Below the pieces are notes generated by a model, which worked only from the letters and a program-made list of their open reading frames with translations, was not told the DNA's origin and searched no databases. A stretch of 5,120 bases of DNA, taken from IMG/VR virus record IMGVR_UViG_3300045988_017695, positions 1 to 5,120 of that record, one strand, 5' to 3'. This document shows positions 1 through 4,818 of this stretch, piece by piece. Each line of letters begins with the position of its first letter. Positions within the stretch are counted from its first letter, which is position 1. The translations under genes were made by a program, and so were the position numbers. This DNA comes from a virus.

Positions 1-2
1 AT

Positions 3-719
3 GTGCCTGTCACGTACTATTCTGAAAATGATGACGGTGAAGCTCGTTCTGGTTTGACGCTTCGCGCTCGTGATCTTCAGCTTTTTATGAAACGTTTGAG
101 AAAGGAACATTCTAATGAGCGTTTACGCTTCTTTGCCTGTGGCGAGTATGGCTCTACTACTTATCGCCCTCATTATCACGCAATTATTTTTGGACTCACT
201 CTCAACGATCTGCGACCCTACAAACGTAGCCCCCAAAACTATGATTATTTCATTAGTGATTCTCTTACTAAGTGTTGGGGTCTCGGCTATGTTGTGGTAG
301 GTGCCGTGACATGGGAGACTTGCGCATATACTGCCCGATATATTATGAAGAAAGCCCTTGGTGAAGGTGCTGAGGTATATGAGCGTTTTAACATTGAGCC
401 TGAATTTGTGCGTATGTCTCGTAAGCCTGGTATTGCATATCAGTATTACGTTGATCATCCTGACTTGTATCAGTATGAATATATCAATCTTCCGACTGAT
501 AAAGGTCAGTTGAAATTTCGCCCGCCTCGGTATTATGACCGGCTTTTTGATCTCGATAATCCCGATCAGATGGCTAAGATAAAGGCCAAGCGTCAGCATG
601 CTGCTCTGGTAGATGCTCACAACAAGTCCCTGCAAACGTCCCTTATTGAGCCTGACCGTCTGGCAGTTGAAGAGGCTGCTTTGATGGCTCGCATAAAATC
701 TCTTGAAAGGAAGTTGTAA
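3..719 (+). CDS. VP4: Replication initiation protein VP4 (superfamily I rolling-circle Rep, phiX174 gpA-like), C-terminal 238 codons. The 5' part is at 4819..5065 and joins in frame across the circular junction; full length about 321 aa.
   Basis: Long + ORF. HUH motif PHYHAIIFG (His-Tyr-His codons at 171-179). Two-tyrosine catalytic motif AYTARYIMKKA (Tyr codons 327-329 and 339-341), diagnostic of Microviridae Rep. Frame is continuous with the ORF at the window end, because 5066-5120 equals 1-55. Confidence 0.9.
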   Translation: MPVTYYSENDDGEARSGLTLRARDLQLFMKRLRKEHSNERLRFFACGEYGSTTYRPHYHAIIFGLTLNDLRPYKRSPQNYDYFISDSLTKCWGLGYVVVGAVTWETCAYTARYIMKKALGEGAEVYERFNIEPEFVRMSRKPGIAYQYYVDHPDLYQYEYINLPTDKGQLKFRPPRYYDRLFDLDNPDQMAKIKAKRQHAALVDAHNKSLQTSLIEPDRLAVEEAALMARIKSLERKL

Positions 720-721
720 AA

Positions 722-835
722 ATGCGCAAGAAGACTAAGCCTATTTTGGACAACAAAATTTTTCGTCGCACCGCTGCTCACAGCAAGAAGATCAACATCG
801 ACCCTAAAATTTTTCGTGGAGGTATTAGACTGTGA
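722..835 (+). CDS. Small, highly basic DNA-binding/packaging peptide (gokushovirus VP8-like, functional analogue of phiX174 J), 37 aa: MRKKTKPILDNKIFRRTAAHSKKINIDPKIFRGGIRL
   Basis: ATG at 722 sits 2 nt after the VP4 stop (717-719) and is preceded by a purine-rich AAGGAAG stretch. The 37-aa product has 10 K/R against 2 D. Its size and position right after rep match microvirus J/VP8 peptides. It is absent from the ORF track only because it is short. TGA stop at 833-835. Confidence 0.55.
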   Translation: MRKKTKPILDNKIFRRTAAHSKKINIDPKIFRGGIRL

Positions 836-862
836 TTATTTGTGATTCTCCTGTTCTTGTTT

Positions 863-891
863 TTGATGATGATGTTTGGCCTTGTTATGAA
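863..891 (+). promoter_or_regulatory. Weak candidate promoter: TTGATG (863-868), 17-nt spacer, extended -10 TGtTATGAA (883-891), upstream of the 83-aa ORF
   Basis: Hexamer spacing of 17 nt with a TG extended -10 element. The -10 hexamer matches only 4 of 6, so this is weak. Confidence 0.2.
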
Positions 892-906
892 AGTGAGGAA
901 AATTGA

Positions 907-1158
907 ATGAAACTTGGACTTTATTCTATTAAGGACGCCAAAACCGGCTTTATGACCCCTGTGCTTGAGCAGGGCGACCCCGCTGCTCTTCGTAACTTCG
1001 CGCATGCTGTGAATCAGCCTGATTCTATCATGCATGATTGTCCCAATGATTTTTCCCTTTTCAAGGTTGCGAACTTCGATACCGATAAAGGTATCGATCC
1101 CGTGATCAGTCCTATTCTCATCGCTGATGCTTCGGAGGTGCTGCGCAATGAAAGATAA
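907..1158 (+). CDS. Hypothetical small acidic protein, 83 aa; by position a candidate VP5-like or accessory protein
   Basis: ATG at 907 lies 7 nt downstream of GAGGA (895-899). The ORF is in the genome's coding orientation. It is not a +1 overprint of another gene. TAA stop at 1156-1158 overlaps the start region of the next gene. Confidence 0.55.
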   Translation: MKLGLYSIKDAKTGFMTPVLEQGDPAALRNFAHAVNQPDSIMHDCPNDFSLFKVANFDTDKGIDPVISPILIADASEVLRNER

Positions 1159-1348
1159 GCTTATCTCTATTTTTGTCGCTTTTGTCCGTAAGACTTTTAC
1201 TAAGGAGCGTCTTCTCGATTTTATCGATGATCTCCTTGATATCTTCTATGACCGTTTTGCCGCTCCTTACGGTTGTGTTGACGGACGGTTTGTTGATCAG
1301 GAAGATGCTTTTGCTGATTTGAAGGAGGCTTGTGATAAAGATGTTTGA
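1148..1348 (+). CDS. Hypothetical small acidic protein, 66 aa (MKDKLISIFVAFVRKTFTKERLLDFIDDLLDIFYDRFAAPYGCVDGRFVDQEDAFADLKEACDKDV)
   Basis: ATG at 1148 is 7 nt after the strong SD GGAGGTG (1134-1140) and overlaps the upstream stop (ATGAAAGATAA), indicating translational coupling. The track's ATG at 1127 lies upstream of the SD and is less likely. The TGA stop (1346-1348) overlaps the VP3 start as ATGTTTGA. Confidence 0.5.
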   Translation: MKDKLISIFVAFVRKTFTKERLLDFIDDLLDIFYDRFAAPYGCVDGRFVDQEDAFADLKEACDKDV

Positions 1349-1832
1349 TACCCAGTATACTCCGCATAATCGCATCGCCGCTAATCCTGGTTCACCCGTT
1401 AAGGTGCTTTACGGCGGTAAGTATGACGCGAACGGTCGTGTTATTCTTGAGAAGAAAGGTGAAGAGAATCTGTATGACTATATCCAGTCTTTTCGCGATT
1501 CGGTTGATCTCAACGTTATCCTCGCCCGCTTCTCCAATGGTGACGTGGAAGCCCTTAATAAGGCTCAAGGCTTTTATGCAGATGTGTCCGATTTTCCTAA
1601 GAATATGGCCGATGCGCTTAATCGTATCAATCAGGCCGAAGAGATGTTTAAGGCTCTTCCGCTTGAGATTCGCCAGAAGTTTGACTGTTCTTTTGAGCAG
1701 TTTTTAGCTCAGTCTGGTACTGATGATTGGTTGTCTAAGATGGGCTTTGAAAGCTCTGCGCCGGTAGAGTCCGAGACCCCATCTGTGAAGGTTGAGCCTG
1801 ATGTTGTAAAGGAGATCAAGAATGAATCGTAA
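1341..1832 (+). CDS. VP3: VP3-like internal scaffolding protein, 163 aa (MFDTQYTPHNRIAANPGSPVKVLYGG...)
   Basis: A 150-170 aa ORF directly upstream of and overlapping the major capsid gene, as in gokushoviruses. ATG at 1341 is preceded by GAAGGAGG (1321-1328). The track's GTG at 1332 lies only 3 nt from that SD and is unlikely. TAA stop at 1830-1832 overlaps the VP1 start. Confidence 0.55.
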   Translation: MFDTQYTPHNRIAANPGSPVKVLYGGKYDANGRVILEKKGEENLYDYIQSFRDSVDLNVILARFSNGDVEALNKAQGFYADVSDFPKNMADALNRINQAEEMFKALPLEIRQKFDCSFEQFLAQSGTDDWLSKMGFESSAPVESETPSVKVEPDVVKEIKNES

Positions 1833-3510
1833 TGTTGAATCGCATTTTGCGCTGAATCCCACTCGCATTGATATGTCTCGTTCGACGTTTGATCGTTCGT
1901 CTTCTGTCAAGACCTCTTTCAATGTCGGTGATATTGTCCCTTTCTTCCTCGAAGAGGTTCTTCCCGGCGATACGTTCAATGTACGTACTTCGAAAGTTGT
2001 GCGTATGCAGACTCTGCTTACACCGATGATGGACAATGTTTACCTTGATTCGTATTTTTTCTTTGTTCCTAACCGGCTTGTTTGGAATCACTGGAAGGAG
2101 TTTAACGGTGAAAACACTGAAAGCGCGTGGATACCCACTACTGAGTATTCTGTACCTCAGATTACTTCGCCTTCCGCTGGTTGGTCTGTTGGTACTCTTG
2201 CTGATTATTTCGGCTTGCCTACAGGTGTTGGCGGTCTGAGCGTGTCCGCTCTTCCGTTCCGTGCGTATGCTCTCGTTATGAACGAGTGGTTCCGCGATCA
2301 GAATTTGCAAGATCCGCTCGTTGTTCCGGTTGATGATGCTACTGTTGCCGGTGTGAATACTGGTAACTTTGTTACCGATTGTGCTAAAGGCGGTTTGCCT
2401 TATATCGCTGCCAAGTATCACGACTATTTCACGAGCTGTCTCCCCAGCCCGCAGAAAGGCCCTGATGTTACGTTAAAGGTTGCTTCTCAGGATGATTTGC
2501 CGGTTGTTACAAAAGCGGTTGATTCTCCTTCATCTTCTTTTGCTGAGGGTCTCCGTCTTGGTGTTCTTGGTTCTTCTAATTGGTCTGAAAATGGCGGTTC
2601 TACTGTTCTTGGTATGAATGGTACTTTTACTGGTACTCGACCTGGTTTTGTTACTGATACTTCCGGTATTTCCGGTGGTTCGCTTGGTAATTGGGCTGTT
2701 GCTCCGTCTAACCTTTGGGCTATCAATTCTGGCAATGCTGTTGTTGCTACCATTAACCAACTTCGTATGGCATTCCAGATTCAAAAGCTTTATGAGCGTG
2801 ATGCGCGTGGCGGTACTCGTTATATTGAGGTGCTCAAATCTCATTTCGGTGTGACTTCTCCTGATGCTCGCTTGCAGCGTCCCGAGTATCTCGGTGGTAA
2901 TCGTGTGCCGATCAACGTTAACCAAGTCATTCAGCAGTCCGGTACCGGTGCCGGTGCTGATACTCCGCAGGGTACTGTTGTCGGTATGTCTCAGACTACG
3001 GACTCTAACCATGATTTTATTAAGTCCTTTACTGAGCACGGTTATATCATCGGTGTTATGGTTGCTCGCTATGATCATACCTATCAGCAGGGTATTGAGC
3101 GTCATTGGTCTCGTAAGACGCGCTTTGATTACTATTGGCCGGTCTTTGCTAACATTGGCGAGCAGGCTGTGCTTAATAAGGAAATTTTTGCGCAGGGTAC
3201 CGCAAAGGACAATGAAGTTTTTGGCTATCAAGAAGCTTGGTCTGATTATCGTTATAAGCCTAATCGCGTAACTGGTGAAATGCGTTCTGCTTATGAACTG
3301 TCTCTTGATGTTTGGCATTTGGCGGACGATTATGAGAGTCTTCCGTCACTGTCTGATAGTTGGATTCGTGAGGATAAGAATACTGTTGATCGTGTTCTTG
3401 CTGTCAAGTCTTCTGTGTCTGACCAGCTTTTTGCTGATATCTATGTTTCTAACCGCGCTACACGTCCGATGCCGCTGTATTCCGTCCCCGGCCTTATTGA
3501 CCATCACTAA
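1822..3510 (+). CDS. VP1: Major capsid protein VP1 (Microviridae F-protein family), 562 aa
   Basis: The N-terminus (MNRNVESHFALNPTRIDMSRSTFDRSSSVKTSFNVGDIVPFFLEEVLPGDTF) matches the conserved gokushovirus VP1 signature (RSTFDRSH..KTTFNAG.L.P...EVLPGDTF). Also present are the conserved INQLRMAFQIQKLYERDARGGTRYIE block and FFFVPNRLVW. SD GGAG (1811-1814) precedes ATG 1822. Confidence 0.95.
   Translation: MNRNVESHFALNPTRIDMSRSTFDRSSSVKTSFNVGDIVPFFLEEVLPGDTFNVRTSKVVRMQTLLTPMMDNVYLDSYFFFVPNRLVWNHWKEFNGENTESAWIPTTEYSVPQITSPSAGWSVGTLADYFGLPTGVGGLSVSALPFRAYALVMNEWFRDQNLQDPLVVPVDDATVAGVNTGNFVTDCAKGGLPYIAAKYHDYFTSCLPSPQKGPDVTLKVASQDDLPVVTKAVDSPSSSFAEGLRLGVLGSSNWSENGGSTVLGMNGTFTGTRPGFVTDTSGISGGSLGNWAVAPSNLWAINSGNAVVATINQLRMAFQIQKLYERDARGGTRYIEVLKSHFGVTSPDARLQRPEYLGGNRVPINVNQVIQQSGTGAGADTPQGTVVGMSQTTDSNHDFIKSFTEHGYIIGVMVARYDHTYQQGIERHWSRKTRFDYYWPVFANIGEQAVLNKEIFAQGTAKDNEVFGYQEAWSDYRYKPNRVTGEMRSAYELSLDVWHLADDYESLPSLSDSWIREDKNTVDRVLAVKSSVSDQLFADIYVSNRATRPMPLYSVPGLIDHH
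2455..2750 (+). other. Ser/Gly/Thr-rich hypervariable insertion loop of VP1 (threefold 'mushroom' protrusion region)
   Basis: The stretch KGPDVTLKVASQDD...SSNWSENGGSTVLGMNGTFTGTRPGFVTDTSGISGGSLGNWAVAPSNLWAINSGNAVVAT is low-complexity and G/S/T/N-rich. It is flanked by conserved capsid blocks and sits where the gokushovirus VP1 variable loop is expected. Confidence 0.6.
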
Positions 3511-3523
3511 ATATCATGCTGTA

Positions 3524-3551
3524 GTGGGGGGCAGTTGCCCCCCACTTTTTT
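3524..3551 (+). terminator. Rho-independent terminator between VP1 and VP2: stem GTGGGGGGC (3524-3532), loop AGTT, stem GCCCCCCAC (3537-3545), then TTTTTT (3546-3551)
   Basis: A perfect 9-bp G/C-rich stem, a 4-nt loop and a T6 run lie 14 nt after the VP1 stop. This resembles the partial terminators after the capsid genes of phiX174. Confidence 0.55.
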
Positions 3552-3565
3552 GAAAGGAGTTTTAC

Positions 3566-4417
3566 ATGTCTTATTTTTCCGAGGCTTTGAATACTGGTGC
3601 GAATCAGATCGCACAAATGCAGGGTATTGCTCAAGCAAATAATGCTTGGTCTGCTGGACAGGCTCAAATACAGCGCGAATGGCAGGAACAGCAGAATGCT
3701 AAGGCTATGGCTTTTAATCAGAGCGAGGCCGCTAAGAATCGTAACTGGCAGGAAATGCTATCAAATACTGCTCATCAGCGTGAAGTGCGTGATCTTATGG
3801 CTGCTGGTCTTAATCCTGTTTTGTCAGCTATGAATGGCAATGGTGCTTCCGTTGGCTCTGGTGCTACTGCTCAAGGTGTTACTTCTCAAGGTGCTAAAGG
3901 TGAAACGGATACTTCCGCTAATGGTGCTATTGCTAATCTACTTGGGTCTATTCTTTCTGCTCAGACTCAAATAGAGGCCGCTAATATCAACGCTAAGACA
4001 CAGGAAGCCGTTGCTGATAAGTATACTGCTATGGAAAGAATTGTTTCTGAGATCGCCGCCAGTGCCTCCCGTTATGGTGCTGATACGAGCGCGTCTGCTT
4101 CTCGTTATCATTCTGATCGTAGTTATGAGGCCTCCCGTTATGGTTCCGACCGTTCGGCTGCTGCTTCTATGTTTGGTTCGTCTTTGGCTTCCTCTGCGTC
4201 TCGTTATGCGTCTGATCAGGCCGCGGCTGCTTCTCGTTACGGTTCTGATATGTCCTATAAGCAGCTTAATGATTTTGGACGTGGTGAAACTTCGTCTTTG
4301 ATCGGCATGATTGCTAATCGTTTACCCGGTATCCTTGATGCTGCTAATAAGCGTACTGGTTTCTTTGGTACTAAGAAGTTTGGTAAAGATAAAAATCGTG
4401 TTGGCGGTTTTAGGTGA
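3566..4417 (+). CDS. VP2: Minor capsid / DNA pilot protein VP2, 283 aa
   Basis: SD AAGGAG (3554-3559) lies 6 nt before the ATG. The N-terminal region ...EAAKNRNWQEMLSNTAHQREVRDLMAAGLNPVLS matches the conserved gokushovirus VP2 motif (QE.MSNTA.QR...D...AGLNP.L). The composition is Ala/Ser/Gln-rich, and the gene follows VP1. Confidence 0.85.
   Translation: MSYFSEALNTGANQIAQMQGIAQANNAWSAGQAQIQREWQEQQNAKAMAFNQSEAAKNRNWQEMLSNTAHQREVRDLMAAGLNPVLSAMNGNGASVGSGATAQGVTSQGAKGETDTSANGAIANLLGSILSAQTQIEAANINAKTQEAVADKYTAMERIVSEIAASASRYGADTSASASRYHSDRSYEASRYGSDRSAAASMFGSSLASSASRYASDQAAAASRYGSDMSYKQLNDFGRGETSSLIGMIANRLPGILDAANKRTGFFGTKKFGKDKNRVGGFR
4058..4255 (+). repeat. Six in-frame tandem 33-nt (11-aa) repeats inside VP2, consensus A-[AS]-A-S-R-Y-G-S-D-x-S
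   Basis: The six units are ASASRYGADTS, ASASRYHSDRS, YEASRYGSDRS, AAASMFGSSLA, SSASRYASDQA and AAASRYGSDMS. The nucleotide units differ by synonymous changes (for example tat/tac and gcc tcc/gct tct), so the repeat is old and conserved rather than recent. Confidence 0.85.
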
Positions 4418-4510
4418 GTTTTGATCTTGTCTTTGTGCATTTTGTCGGTTTTATCCGGTTGCCTGGTCAAGCGTTTTTTGTTTGAAATTAACAAAATTTC
4501 TTTTATAAAG

Positions 4511-4555
4511 GAAGCGAAGCGAGTCGCGCCCCTGCGCCAAGCTACGCTTCTTTTT
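4511..4555 (+). terminator. Terminator-like GC-rich hairpin downstream of VP2: arm GAAGCGAAGC (4511-4520) pairs with GCTACGCTTC (4541-4550) with 1 mismatch, inner GCGC/GCGC stem, then TTTTT (4551-4555)
   Basis: An imperfect inverted repeat followed by a T5 run lies about 95 nt after the VP2 stop. Confidence 0.4.
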
Positions 4556-4574
4556 GCACTCCTTGCCAAAATGG

Positions 4575-4596
4575 TATGCAGTCTCTTTTCTGCATA
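4575..4596. repeat. Small hairpin: TATGCAG (4575-4581), 8-nt loop, CTGCATA (4590-4596)
   Basis: A 7-bp perfect inverted repeat in the noncoding region. Confidence 0.35.
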
Positions 4597-4624
4597 AAAT
4601 CTCGGCTGCCGTATCGCATGCCGA

Positions 4625-4664
4625 ACTCGTGCCCATTACTCTTCTTGATGTAATGGGCACGAGT
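4625..4664. repeat. Perfect 15-bp inverted repeat (ACTCGTGCCCATTAC / GTAATGGGCACGAGT) with a 10-nt loop TCTTCTTGAT; candidate replication origin or primosome/packaging hairpin
   Basis: Arms are 4625-4639 and 4650-4664, the loop is 4640-4649. This is the longest perfect palindrome in the window. It lies in the 400-nt intergenic region about 155 nt upstream of rep. The loop contains CTTGAT. Confidence 0.8.
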
Positions 4665-4762
4665 GACACCAAGACACGCAAATTATCATTTACTACTTTA
4701 AAATAGCTATCTAAAATATACATATATCCTTGTATAAAATATTAAAACTAAAAAAAACTATA

Positions 4763-4791
4763 TTGACAAATATAAAATATTTTTTTATTAT
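4763..4791 (+). promoter_or_regulatory. Sigma70-type promoter for VP4: -35 TTGACA (4763-4768), 17-nt spacer, -10 TATTAT (4786-4791), embedded in a roughly 120-nt AT-rich tract (4685-4800) with an A8 run
   Basis: The -35 hexamer is consensus, the -10 matches 5 of 6 and the spacing is optimal. The predicted transcript start is about 4798-4800, just before the SD and GTG start of rep. Confidence 0.5.
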
Positions 4792-4803
4792 ATTAAATAT
4801 AAG

Positions 4804-4809
4804 TGAGGT
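4804..4809 (+). promoter_or_regulatory. Ribosome-binding site GAGGTG for VP4
   Basis: It lies 9 nt upstream of the in-frame GTG at 4819. The in-frame TGA at 4804-4806 closes the frame upstream, so GTG 4819 is the first possible start. Confidence 0.5.
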
Positions 4810-4818
4810 GTTTGCATT

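Noticed and set aside
123-635. Minus-strand ORFs (123-635, 778-1035, 1118-1375, 1704-2036, 1816-2421, 2487-2753, 2530-3318, 4255-4569, 4451-4723, 4711-5025), some as long as 262 aa
   Set aside because: Microviridae transcribe one strand only. These ORFs are antisense to well-supported genes with recognisable motifs. Their products are low-complexity and Arg/Ile/Asn/Thr-rich, typical of reverse-complement reading of T-rich codons. None has a convincing SD or start context. The three in the intergenic region overlap the hairpins and promoter.
1235-1242. CTTGATAT inside the 66-aa ORF, an 8 of 8 match to the phiX174 origin core
   Set aside because: It is in ordinary coding sequence with no flanking structure. 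Short matches of this T-rich motif recur by chance (also at 2044, 3304 and 4325), so it is not by itself evidence of an origin.
1127-1348. Track start ATG 1127 for the 66-aa ORF, and GTG 1332 for VP3
   Set aside because: The strong SD GGAGGTG (1134-1140) lies downstream of 1127 and 7 nt upstream of ATG 1148. For VP3, GTG 1332 is only 3 nt from the SD GGAGG (1324-1328), whereas ATG 1341 is spaced 12 nt. The downstream starts are preferred.
2036-4301. Hydrophobic + strand ORFs embedded in VP1 and VP2 in the +1 phase (2036-2239, 2618-2854, 2864-3271, 3275-3553, 3597-3833, 4011-4301) and 1345-1707 inside VP3
   Set aside because: All lie in the +1 phase of the real gene. T-rich wobble positions of the main frame then become codon second positions and yield Leu/Val/Ile/Phe-rich pseudo-proteins. 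None has a ribosome-binding site. 4011-4301 simply re-reads the VP2 33-nt repeats.
4486-4502. Short palindrome GAAATT-aacaa-AATTTC and other 6-bp inverted repeats in the intergenic region
   Set aside because: Too short and AT-rich to distinguish from chance. Subsumed under the general description of the structured intergenic region.
4720-4747. dif-like motif (central TGTATA at 4731-4736 followed by AAATATTAAAA, 7 of 11 to the XerD arm TTATGTTAAAT) that might indicate XerCD-mediated prophage integration, as reported for some enterobacterial gokushoviruses
   Set aside because: The XerC-side arm shows no similarity, and the motif sits in a very AT-rich tract where such partial matches are expected by chance. 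It cannot be supported without a host dif sequence to compare.
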